64,000 nt of DNA from Candidatus Levyibacteriota bacterium (GTDB lineage: Bacteria; Patescibacteriota; Microgenomatia; Levybacterales; UBA12049). The DNA lies in NCBI GenBank assembly GCA_043823085.1, contig JBDRBE010000004.1, forward strand, positions 133,510 to 197,509, in the 5' to 3' direction. Below are positions 10,344 to 19,286 of this stretch, piece by piece (the first letter of the stretch is position 1; every line of letters begins with the position of its first letter). Made by a program: the position numbers and the translations under genes. The notes under the pieces are model-generated. The model did no database searches and was not told the origin of the DNA. It was given only the letters and a program-made list of their open reading frames with translations.

Positions 10344-11584
10344 AGAGGCCTATTGCAATTTCTCTTTCACCGAACACAAAAACTAACGATGTTTTTTTGG
10401 CATTTAGACTGATATTTTCTCCATGGACATATATTAATGGTAATTATCCAAAGGTGTTGGAGCAATGGTTTAGAAATTATTTTAAAGTTTCAAATGCTAT
10501 TTCTTTTGCAAGCGGTAGGGGAGCATTACTTGCAATACTAAAAACTTTGGGAATTGGCTTACAAGACGAAGTAATTATTCAAGCGTTTACTTGTGTTGCA
10601 GTTTGTGATCCGATAATTAAAACAGGTGCAAAACCGATTTTTGCAGATATTAATAATTCATTAACAATGGACGCAGAAGACTTGGAAAAAAAAATTACAG
10701 CTAAAACAAAAGCGATTATTGTCCAGCATACTTTTGGTATACCGTCGGACTTAAATAAGATTTTGGCGATTGCAAAAAATCATGGAATAGCAGTAATTGA
10801 GGATTGCGCTCATATAATTGGCGGAAAATATAAAGATAAAAGACTTGGGACTTTTGGCGATGCTTCTTTTTTTAGTTTTGGAAGAGATAAAGCTTTTTCA
10901 TCTGTTTTTGGAGGAATGGCGATAACCGATAACGAACTTTTAGGAAAGAAGATAAGAATTTTTTGCAAACAGCAAAAAAATCCATCTTATTTTTGGGTGG
11001 CTCAACAGCTTTTTCATCCAATTGCTTTTTATTTTATTTTACCAATCTATAATTTTTTTGCATTCGGTAAGTTTCTGCTAATCTTTTTCCAAAAATTAAA
11101 ATTACTGTCATTACCGGTTTCTTCTAAAGAGAAACAAGGAGGTTTGTCATTAAAATTTGCCAGAAAATTACCAAACGCCTTTGCTTGTCTTGCCATCTTT
11201 CAACTTAAAAAAATTAACGAATATAATCAAAAACGAGAAGCAGTCGCAGATTATTACTTGAAAAATATTAAAAATAAAGAATTTATTTTTCCCTACCAAA
11301 AATCTATTCCTTTTTTGCGTTTTCCTATTTTAGCGGATAAGAGAGATGAAATTATTAATTTCTTTAAAAGAAAAGGAATTTATCTTGGAAAATGGTATAG
11401 CGAAACTGTAGGTCCTAAAGGAGTTAGTTTTAAGAGTATTTATTACAGGCAGGGGTTATGTCCAAATGCGGAGCTCATCGCAAAAAAAATAATTAATTTG
11501 CCGACTTATCCTGTTATGGAACCGAATGAAGAAAAGAAAATAGTTAATCTTCTGGAAAACTATGTTAAAGATTCAAGAAATTAA
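10340..11584 (+). CDS. DegT/DnrJ/EryC1/StrS-family PLP-dependent aminotransferase
   Basis: SGRGAL, VIEDCAH, SFFSFGRDK (PLP lysine), GGMA, INLPTYP. Confidence 0.88.
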   Translation: MKRPIAISLSPNTKTNDVFLAFRLIFSPWTYINGNYPKVLEQWFRNYFKVSNAISFASGRGALLAILKTLGIGLQDEVIIQAFTCVAVCDPIIKTGAKPIFADINNSLTMDAEDLEKKITAKTKAIIVQHTFGIPSDLNKILAIAKNHGIAVIEDCAHIIGGKYKDKRLGTFGDASFFSFGRDKAFSSVFGGMAITDNELLGKKIRIFCKQQKNPSYFWVAQQLFHPIAFYFILPIYNFFAFGKFLLIFFQKLKLLSLPVSSKEKQGGLSLKFARKLPNAFACLAIFQLKKINEYNQKREAVADYYLKNIKNKEFIFPYQKSIPFLRFPILADKRDEIINFFKRKGIYLGKWYSETVGPKGVSFKSIYYRQGLCPNAELIAKKIINLPTYPVMEPNEEKKIVNLLENYVKDSRN

Positions 11585-12575
11585 AGATAAAAAAGTTTGG
11601 GAGGATTTTATTGACAGAGCGGATTTTTATCCTTTTTTTCAATCATGGGACTGGGGGGATGTGCAAAAAAATCTTGGTCGAAAGATTTTAAGAATAGGAG
11701 CATATGAGGAAACTTTATTAATTGGTGTTTGTTTAGTTATCGAAATTAACGCGAGAAGAGGTCGCTATTTGCATCTAAGACACGGACCGGTGTTTTTAGT
11801 ATTTGACGAAAGGAAACTTGACGCAATTTTAGATTTTATTAAAAAAGAAGCAAGTAGAAGAGGGTCTTCTTTTATCCGTATCAGTCCGCTTTTAAATAAA
11901 GACTCGGAATCAGAAAAAATTTTGCAAAAAAAGGGATTTATTAATTCACCCATTCATAATATGGATGCAGAGACTTGTCTTATTTTGGATCTCGAAAAAT
12001 CAGAAGAAGATTTGCTTAAGGAAATGAGAAAGACACATAGATATTTAATACGTAAAGCACAAAATATGGGTATAAAAATTATTCGAACACAAAAAGTTTC
12101 TGATTTGAATAGTTTTTTGGATATTTATAAGAATTTATCAAAAAGAAAGCATTTTGTTCCGCACAGCGACGTAAAAGAAGAATTTGAATTATTTGTCGAA
12201 GATGATCAGGCGGTTTTATTTTTAGCGTCATTTCGAAAAAAAATTATTTGTGGTGCGATAATAATTTTTGCCGGGAATATGGCAATTTATCATCATGGAG
12301 CGTCTTTGGATGAGTTTAGAGACGTTCCTATCTCATATTTACTGCAATGGGAAGCGATTTTAGAAGCCAAAAAACGAGGTAAAAAACTTTATAATTTTTG
12401 GGGAATAACGCCTTTAGATAAACCTAATCATCCCTGGAAAGGAATCACCCTTTTTAAAACAGGATTTGGCGGTACTAGGCTTGAATTTATGCACGCCAAG
12501 GACCTGCCTTTAAATATATGGTACTGGAAAAGTTTTTTAATAGAATTTTATACAAAATGGAAAAAAGGGTATTGA
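11562..12575 (+). CDS. FemABX/MurM-like tRNA-dependent peptidoglycan bridge aminoacyltransferase
   Basis: FFQSWDWG, HGPV, LDLEKSEEDLLKEMRKTHRYLIRKA, YHHGAS, LQWEAI, YNFWGI, GITLFKTGFGG. Confidence 0.9.
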   Translation: MLKIQEIKDKKVWEDFIDRADFYPFFQSWDWGDVQKNLGRKILRIGAYEETLLIGVCLVIEINARRGRYLHLRHGPVFLVFDERKLDAILDFIKKEASRRGSSFIRISPLLNKDSESEKILQKKGFINSPIHNMDAETCLILDLEKSEEDLLKEMRKTHRYLIRKAQNMGIKIIRTQKVSDLNSFLDIYKNLSKRKHFVPHSDVKEEFELFVEDDQAVLFLASFRKKIICGAIIIFAGNMAIYHHGASLDEFRDVPISYLLQWEAILEAKKRGKKLYNFWGITPLDKPNHPWKGITLFKTGFGGTRLEFMHAKDLPLNIWYWKSFLIEFYTKWKKGY

Positions 12576-12576
12576 T

Positions 12577-12605
12577 TTGCTCTTATTGAGGTAGCATTGT
12601 ATAAT
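12577..12605 (+). promoter_or_regulatory. Sigma70-type promoter of mraY (probably leaderless)
   Basis: TTGCTC-17 nt-TATAAT, ATG 7 nt downstream. Confidence 0.6.
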
Positions 12606-12612
12606 ATAACCC

Positions 12613-13623
12613 ATGGCTCAACTCTTAGGACTAATCATCCTCTCTTTTTTTATAAGCGGTATTCTTCTTGTTCCTTTTATTGATTTTTTATATAAAATTA
12701 AATTAAGGCGTCAAAAACAAGTAACAAGGGATGTTTTTAATAACAAAACTCCGGTTTTTGATAAATTCAATACCTGTAAAGTTGGAACTCCATTTGGCGG
12801 AGGAATCCTTATTATTCTTGTTTCAACGGCATTAACTTTGTGGGCATATGGGATTTTTAATATTAATATAAAACCATGGGAACTTTTCGTGATTCTTTTT
12901 TCTTTCTTAGGTTTTGGAGCATTAGGTCTTTATGACGATCTAAAAAAATTAGTTAATGGATCGAAAACAGCATTCTTTGGTCTGCGTTTTAGGCATAAGT
13001 TTATAATCCAATGGATTTTAGCGGTTATTATCGCGACGGTTCTATATTCAAAATTAGGTTATGATTTTATTTTCATTCATGGATTTGGCTTAGCAAGCAT
13101 TGGTTTTTTATTCATACCTGTGGCCGCATTTATTATTGTTTCTTTTGTTAACGCATTTAACATTTCTGATGGTCTTGACGGACTTTCTTCGGGACTTTTT
13201 CTTATTTGCATGATTGCATTTTTAGTTATTACTTCAAGTCAGTTAGATAAATCGCTTGGAATTTTTATTGCAATACTTATTGGAAGTGTTGCAGCATTTT
13301 TATATTTTAATATTTATAAAGCCAGGATTTGGCTTGGTGATGTGGGTTCATTATCCCTTGGTGCTGTTCTTGCCGTTGTTGGACTTTTAACAGGTAAAAT
13401 TGTCGCATTGGGATTTATTGGCGGATTTTTTATGCTGGAAGCAGGATCGTCTTTGATACAAATATTTGGCAAAAAGTTTTTAGGCAGAAAAATTTTGCCA
13501 GTTTCACCGTTACATCTCTATTTAAGAAAAATTGGCTGGGAAGAGCCAAAAATTGTTATGAGAGCGTGGTTGGCTGGTTTAATTTTTGCTGTTCTGGGTT
13601 TATATATAGCTCTTATCCGATGA
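12613..13623 (+). CDS. mraY: Phospho-N-acetylmuramoyl-pentapeptide transferase
   Basis: KVGTPFGGG, LYDD, NAFNISDGLDGL, IWLGDVGS, GWEEPKIVMR; multi-TM. Confidence 0.93.
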   Translation: MAQLLGLIILSFFISGILLVPFIDFLYKIKLRRQKQVTRDVFNNKTPVFDKFNTCKVGTPFGGGILIILVSTALTLWAYGIFNINIKPWELFVILFSFLGFGALGLYDDLKKLVNGSKTAFFGLRFRHKFIIQWILAVIIATVLYSKLGYDFIFIHGFGLASIGFLFIPVAAFIIVSFVNAFNISDGLDGLSSGLFLICMIAFLVITSSQLDKSLGIFIAILIGSVAAFLYFNIYKARIWLGDVGSLSLGAVLAVVGLLTGKIVALGFIGGFFMLEAGSSLIQIFGKKFLGRKILPVSPLHLYLRKIGWEEPKIVMRAWLAGLIFAVLGLYIALIR

Positions 13624-13624
13624 A

Positions 13625-14692
13625 ATGAAAAAAATAGATCTTCTCCTTTTGGCAACTGTAGTTTTTTTAACTCTTTTTGGACTTCTAATGATTTATGACG
13701 CCTCTTCATTTATTGCATTTAGAGATTTTGCAGATAAAAATCATTATGTCAAAGATCAGGCGCTTTGGGTAGTTTTAGGTTTTTGCATGCTTTTGTTCTT
13801 TTCCTTTTTTGATTACCGAAGACTTTATAATCTTTCAATACCTCTTTTAATAGTAGCGATTATTTTTTTATCTCTTGTTTTTGTTCCGGGTGTTGGTATT
13901 CAGGTTCTTGGAGCTAGACGTTGGATAGATGCAGGAGTTTTTGTTATTCAGCCTGCAGAATTTATTAAACTTTCTTTGGCTGTTTATCTTTCGGCCTGGT
14001 TCTCTCGTAAAGAGAAGGGGAGATCTTTTGCGTTCTTTCTCTTGCTTGGCTTGGTAATGGTTCTTGTGATGCTTGAGCCTGATCTTGGTACTGCTTCTAT
14101 TATCTTTCTGGAAGCGGTAATTATTTATTTTTTATCCGGAGCAAATATTCTTTATTTTATTGGAATGGCGCCAATTGTTGCCATAGGATTATTTTTGTTA
14201 ATTAAAGTAGAATCGTATAGGGCGCAGAGGCTTGCGGCTTTTTTGAATATCAATCAATCACTTCAAAACTCTTCGTACCACGTAAAGCAAATTCTAATTG
14301 CTCTCGGAATGGGAGGACTGACAGGTGTGGGACTAGGTAATTCTTTGCAAAAATATGCGTATCTTCCGGAGAATACGACTGATTCTATTTTTGCTATTAT
14401 TGCCGAAGAGATAGGTTTTATTGGCGCAACGATTTTAATAGTTCTTTTGGCTGTTGTAATTTGGCGCGGGTTTTATATTGCGCTTAATAGTAAAGATCCT
14501 TTCGGAAGACTTCTTGCCGGGGGTATTACGTCCTTTTTGGCGATACAAATGATTCTTAATCTTGGCTCCCAAACTGCTCTTTTTCCTTTAACAGGTATTC
14601 CTCTTCCATTTATTTCCTACGGCGGTTCATCCTTAGTGGTTGATTTATTATCAGTTGGAATACTTCTTAATATTTCAAAAAATAAAATATAA
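13625..14692 (+). CDS. ftsW: SEDS peptidoglycan polymerase FtsW
   Basis: GARRWI, QPAEFIK, EPDLGT, YLPENTTDSIFAII, TGIPLPFISYGGSS; between mraY and murG. Confidence 0.93.
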   Translation: MKKIDLLLLATVVFLTLFGLLMIYDASSFIAFRDFADKNHYVKDQALWVVLGFCMLLFFSFFDYRRLYNLSIPLLIVAIIFLSLVFVPGVGIQVLGARRWIDAGVFVIQPAEFIKLSLAVYLSAWFSRKEKGRSFAFFLLLGLVMVLVMLEPDLGTASIIFLEAVIIYFLSGANILYFIGMAPIVAIGLFLLIKVESYRAQRLAAFLNINQSLQNSSYHVKQILIALGMGGLTGVGLGNSLQKYAYLPENTTDSIFAIIAEEIGFIGATILIVLLAVVIWRGFYIALNSKDPFGRLLAGGITSFLAIQMILNLGSQTALFPLTGIPLPFISYGGSSLVVDLLSVGILLNISKNKI

Positions 14693-14695
14693 AAT

Positions 14696-15799
14696 ATGAA
14701 AGCAGTTTTTACCGGAGGTCATTTGTCCCCGCTGTTAGCGGTTTTGGACGTTATGCCAAAGGATATTGACCTTTTGGTTATTGGAAGAAAATATGCGCTT
14801 GAAGGCGATAAGGTTCTTTCTTTGGAATATCAAACGTTAAATAAAGAGAAAGTTCGTTTTGAAAATATCACAGCCGCAAGACTGCAAAGAAAATTTACAA
14901 GACATACTCTTGCTGCGCTTTTTAAATTTCCATTAGGCTTTGTTCAGTCACTGTTGATTTTGTTAAAATTTAAACCGGAGGTTGTGTTATCGTTTGGCGG
15001 ATATGTTTCTCTTCCGGTAACATTGGCAAGTTTCGTTTTAGGAATTCCCGTTGTAATACACGAACAAACTTTGGAAGCAGGACTATCCAATAGAATCAGT
15101 TCCTTTTTTGCCAAAAAGATATGCATATCTTGGGAAACATCAAGAAAATTTTTTCCCAAATCAAAAGTTGTAATGACGGGAAACCCCGTACGAGAATTTT
15201 CAATTTTCAATTTTAAATTTTCAATTTCGGATGAGAAAATTCCATTAGTTTATGTTACGGGTGGAAGTTCAGGGTCTCATGCAATAAATCTTTTGATTGA
15301 GGGTTGTCTTGAAAAATTATTAGTCAATTGTAAAATTATTCACCAAACCGGCGGGGCAAAAGAATATAACGATTTGGAGCGTCTGAAGAAAATTAAAGAT
15401 AGCCTGAATCAAAAATTTCAAAAGAGGTATTTTCTTGCGAAGTTTATTGAGCCATGCGATGTCGGCTCAATTGTTAATGCAAGCGATCTTGTTGTATCAA
15501 GATCCGGCATAAGTACTATTACTGAACTTTTATTTTTTGCAAAACCTTCTCTTTTGATACCGCTTCCTTTTTCACAAAATAACGAGCAGAAAAAAAATGC
15601 TCTTCTTTTGCAAAATCTGGGTTTAGGAGAAATTATTGATCAAGAAAAAACTTCTTGCGATTTGTTATATGATAAAATGATAGAAATGTTGAATAACATC
15701 GAAAAATATAAAAAATCAAGAGAAGTTGTAAAAACATTAATAAAAAAAGATGCGGCGCAAAAATTAATTGAGGTATGTTATGCGCAAAAGAAAAATTAA
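14696..15799 (+). CDS. murG: Lipid I N-acetylglucosamine transferase
   Basis: TGGHLSP, FGGYVSLP, IHEQT, TGNPVR, TGGSSGS, SRSG, EQKKNA. Confidence 0.95.
   Translation: MKAVFTGGHLSPLLAVLDVMPKDIDLLVIGRKYALEGDKVLSLEYQTLNKEKVRFENITAARLQRKFTRHTLAALFKFPLGFVQSLLILLKFKPEVVLSFGGYVSLPVTLASFVLGIPVVIHEQTLEAGLSNRISSFFAKKICISWETSRKFFPKSKVVMTGNPVREFSIFNFKFSISDEKIPLVYVTGGSSGSHAINLLIEGCLEKLLVNCKIIHQTGGAKEYNDLERLKKIKDSLNQKFQKRYFLAKFIEPCDVGSIVNASDLVVSRSGISTITELLFFAKPSLLIPLPFSQNNEQKKNALLLQNLGLGEIIDQEKTSCDLLYDKMIEMLNNIEKYKKSREVVKTLIKKDAAQKLIEVCYAQKKN
15197..15224 (+). repeat. In-frame heptamer tract (TTTTCAA)x4 in murG
   Basis: TTTTCAA TTTTCAA TTTTAAA TTTTCAA, encoding [10 protein letters not shown]. Confidence 0.85.
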
Positions 15800-16187
15800 A
15801 AGAAAAATATTTTTTATATGGTTTATTTTGTTATTAATTCTTTTTTGTTTGGCAATAACAATATTAATTTTGTATAAAAATTTGAATTTAATATCAGTTC
15901 CTTCAGCAGTAAATAAACTCGAAGATTCTAAAGATGTGCAATTAACAAAAAATCTGGAGCAAATTTTAGCCAAAAATAATATTAAATTTGATTTAATAAA
16001 GCTTGCTTCGCAATCTTCAGTTTTAGTTATTTTATTAAGCGGCGAAGAGATAATTTTCTCCAAAGTTAAGCCTTTGGAAGCTCAAGTTTCCTCTTTGCAA
16101 TTTATACTTTCTAGGCTTACAATAGAAGGTAAACGGTTTTCGCGATTAGATTTTAGATTTGAAAAACCGGTAATTTCTTTAAAGTAA
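15780..16187 (+). CDS. Short FtsQ/DivIB-like cell division protein
   Basis: Basic N-terminus, one TM helix, C-terminal RLDFRFEKPV resembling the FtsQ DLR motif; located between murG and ftsA. Confidence 0.65.
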   Translation: MRKRKIKRKIFFIWFILLLILFCLAITILILYKNLNLISVPSAVNKLEDSKDVQLTKNLEQILAKNNIKFDLIKLASQSSVLVILLSGEEIIFSKVKPLEAQVSSLQFILSRLTIEGKRFSRLDFRFEKPVISLK

Positions 16188-16190
16188 GTT

Positions 16191-17501
16191 ATGAGCGAGG
16201 GAAAAATTGTTGTCGGAATAGATATAGGAACCTCAAAAATTGTCACTGTAATTGCCAAGGTTGACGATTCTGTAAACGTACTTGGAGTTTCGGAAGTAAA
16301 AGCGCAAGGCATTAAAAAGGGTCAAATCGTTGATATTGAGGAAGCTGTTTTATCAATCAACAGTTCTCTTGAATCTGCCGAAAGAATGGCAGGATATTCT
16401 GTTTCTCATGTTATTACTTCAATTGGCGGAGATCATGTTGAAAGCCAAAATTCAAAAGGAGTAGTTGCAGTTTCCAATCCTGACGGCGAGATTATTAAGA
16501 ATGATTTAACTAGGGTTATTGATGCAGCTAAGGCAATTTCTCTTCCTTCAAGCCGCGAGATTATTCATGTTTTGCCGCGAACCTACGCGGTTGATGGACA
16601 GCAAGGAATTAAAGACCCAATTGGAATGACAGGAGTTAGACTTGAGGTCGATACCCATTTGGTTACTGCTTCTTCAACATCAATTCGCAATATCGAAAAG
16701 GCAATGTCAGAAGTTGGAGTTGATATTGATGGTATTGTTTTCAATGGTTATGCAAGTAGTCTTTCTGCACTTTCGGAAACGGAAAAAGAGCTTGGCGTGG
16801 TTTTGGTTGATATGGGCGCTGGGACAACAGATATTTGTATTTATACAGAGGGATCCTTGTCATATTCATCTGTTCTATCAATAGGGGCCAGGCACATAAC
16901 CAATGATTTGGCAATTGGACTTAGAATTTCTTTGGAATCGGCAGAAAAAATAAAACTTTACCTTTCAAAAACTCCGGAAAAAACAAAACTTGAACCAAAC
17001 GATTTTGAAAAAGAAGAAGTGAAACCTTTACAAAGAAACTTCATGGGAAAGAATGACGAGCTTGATTTAAGTGCGTTAAACCTTCCCGAAGATTTAGGCT
17101 CGGTTTCTAAAAAAACTTTAATTGATGGAATTATCAGACCGAGACTTAACGAAATATTTACCATGGTTGGACTTGAAATTAAAAAAAGCGGATTTGCCGC
17201 ATCTACACCGGCAGGTCTGGTTGTAACAGGAGGGGGAGCAAGAACAATAGGCATTAATGATGCGACAAAAAGAATGCTTGCCATGCCAATTAGAATTGGC
17301 TATCCGCAGGAATTAAAAGGAATAATCGATGAAGTGCAAGACTCTCCATTTTCAACAGTTATTGGTTTGGCCATATATGGTTCAAAAGTTGAAACGTCTA
17401 CCGGTTTACCTTTTGGTTTTTCTTTTCCCCAAGCTCCTTTTTTAAAATTTGGAAAGTTTTCCAATAAAATTATTGATTTGATAAAATCATTTATTCCATA
17501 A
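16191..17501 (+). CDS. ftsA: Cell division protein FtsA
   Basis: GIDIGTSKI, DPIGMTGVRLE, VDMGAGTTD, HITNDLA, VVTGGGA. Confidence 0.97.
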   Translation: MSEGKIVVGIDIGTSKIVTVIAKVDDSVNVLGVSEVKAQGIKKGQIVDIEEAVLSINSSLESAERMAGYSVSHVITSIGGDHVESQNSKGVVAVSNPDGEIIKNDLTRVIDAAKAISLPSSREIIHVLPRTYAVDGQQGIKDPIGMTGVRLEVDTHLVTASSTSIRNIEKAMSEVGVDIDGIVFNGYASSLSALSETEKELGVVLVDMGAGTTDICIYTEGSLSYSSVLSIGARHITNDLAIGLRISLESAEKIKLYLSKTPEKTKLEPNDFEKEEVKPLQRNFMGKNDELDLSALNLPEDLGSVSKKTLIDGIIRPRLNEIFTMVGLEIKKSGFAASTPAGLVVTGGGARTIGINDATKRMLAMPIRIGYPQELKGIIDEVQDSPFSTVIGLAIYGSKVETSTGLPFGFSFPQAPFLKFGKFSNKIIDLIKSFIP

Positions 17502-17559
17502 ACTTCACTCTTGCAAAATCATTTTTTATCTGTTAGGATTTAGCTAATTAATTTGCCTT

Positions 17560-18654
17560 ATGCTAATTAAACCTCAAACAGCAAACTTCGCAAAGATTAG
17601 AGTGATTGGTATTGGTGGAGCTGGAAATAATGGTCTCAATTCGATGATTTCTCAAAGCCAAATTCAGGGTGTTGATTTTATTGGTGTAAATACAGATGCG
17701 CAAGCACTTTTAATGTGCCAGTCCGCGACAAAAATTCAAATCGGAGAAAATTTAACTAAGGGTCTTGGTTCTGGCGGCGATCCGGAAATCGGAAGGCAAG
17801 CCGCAGAGGAGTCGGTTGAAAAAATAAAAGACATACTGGAGGGTTCTGACATGGTTTTTTTAGCTGCCGGAATGGGAGGAGGAACAGGAACAGGAGCGTC
17901 TCCTATTATTGCCAAAATTGCCAAGGATGTGGGAGCGTTGACAATCGCGGTTGTAACCAAACCTTTTGCCTTTGAAGGGACACGAAGAATTGTAACCGGA
18001 GAAGACGGGGTAGAAAATCTTCGCGACAAAGTTGATACACTTATTGTTATTCCAAACCAAAGGATTTTAGAAGTAGTTGACAGGAAACTTTCGCTTTTAG
18101 AAGCTTTTAAAGTTGCAGATTCGGTTTTATCCCAAGGTGTTCAGGGAATATCTGATTTGATTACTACTCCCGGTCTTATTAATGTTGATTTTGCCGATGT
18201 TAAAACAATTATGAACAATGCAGGTTCTGCGTTAATGGGAATTGGAACAGGTGTTGGTGAAAATAGGGCGCAGACTGCAGCTAGAACTGCAATTGCCTCT
18301 CCGCTTTTGGAAATTTCTATGGACGGTGCAAGGGGAGTTCTTTTCAACATTATCGGCGGACCGGATTTGACAATGAGCGAAGTTGACGAAGCGGCAAAAA
18401 TTATTGCTTCATCTGCAGATCCGGATGCAAATATTATTTTTGGTGCGACAATAGATGAAACAATGCATGATCAAATGAAAATTACTGTTATTGCTACAGG
18501 TTTTGATCAGACAAAACAAAGATTAAAGGAATTTGTTGCTCCGCAGGTTGAAAAAACGGATGATCAAAATATTCCAAGCCCGGAGGAGGCGCCGGCAGAA
18601 GAAGAAGATAAAGACATCTGGGACATCCCCGCATTTTTGAGGAATAGGAATTAA
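17560..18654 (+). CDS. ftsZ: Cell division protein FtsZ
   Basis: [31 protein letters not shown]-terminal DIPAFLR. Confidence 0.99.
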   Translation: MLIKPQTANFAKIRVIGIGGAGNNGLNSMISQSQIQGVDFIGVNTDAQALLMCQSATKIQIGENLTKGLGSGGDPEIGRQAAEESVEKIKDILEGSDMVFLAAGMGGGTGTGASPIIAKIAKDVGALTIAVVTKPFAFEGTRRIVTGEDGVENLRDKVDTLIVIPNQRILEVVDRKLSLLEAFKVADSVLSQGVQGISDLITTPGLINVDFADVKTIMNNAGSALMGIGTGVGENRAQTAARTAIASPLLEISMDGARGVLFNIIGGPDLTMSEVDEAAKIIASSADPDANIIFGATIDETMHDQMKITVIATGFDQTKQRLKEFVAPQVEKTDDQNIPSPEEAPAEEEDKDIWDIPAFLRNRN

Positions 18655-18715
18655 GCCTCACTTTGTCATTCGAACAATATCTTCCAAGATTGTTTTGTTG
18701 TGGTAAAATGATGGT

Positions 18716-19192
18716 ATGGTTGCGGATTTAAATAAGTTGGCCAGAGAAATTGTTGAGAAGAATCAGTATATGACGATTGGTTCTGCTAATAAAGCTGGCG
18801 AGGTTTGGGCATCGGTTGTCGCATATGTTTACGATGAAAACTATAATTTTTATTTTGTTTCGATGCCAAATTCAAAACATTGTTCAAATTTTAAAGAAAA
18901 CAGTGAAGTGGTTATAGCCATTTTTGATTCTCATCAGGCTTGGGGAGAAGGTATAGGACTACAAATAGAGGGAGAAATTTTGGAATTAAAATTAATTGAA
19001 GCTCCAAAGGCAATCAGAGCTTATTATAAACGAAATTATCCTTACGGAAAAATAACCGACGCTTTTGGTAAAGGACTTAAAAATCTCTTGAATAAAAATC
19101 TCTACAAACTTTACAAATTTATGCCAATAAAATTTTGGATGAATAACCCAAATTCCGACATAGACGAAAGAGTAGAAATTAAATTGCTTTAA
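18716..19192 (+). CDS. Pyridoxamine 5'-phosphate oxidase-like (split-barrel flavin-binding) protein
   Basis: YMTIGS, YFVSMPNSKH, IAIFDS, GLQIEG pattern. Confidence 0.75.
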   Translation: MVADLNKLAREIVEKNQYMTIGSANKAGEVWASVVAYVYDENYNFYFVSMPNSKHCSNFKENSEVVIAIFDSHQAWGEGIGLQIEGEILELKLIEAPKAIRAYYKRNYPYGKITDAFGKGLKNLLNKNLYKLYKFMPIKFWMNNPNSDIDERVEIKLL

Positions 19193-19250
19193 TTTTAGAC
19201 TGACAAATTAATTTCTTCGAGGATTGTTCTTGAACGGGTATTAAGTTCTC

Positions 19251-19279
19251 TTGAATAAAAAGCCGCTATCCGCTACAAT
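19251..19279 (+). promoter_or_regulatory. Sigma70-type promoter of ileS (probably leaderless)
   Basis: TTGAAT-17 nt-TACAAT, ATG 7 nt downstream. Confidence 0.65.
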
Positions 19280-19286
19280 TTAAACA

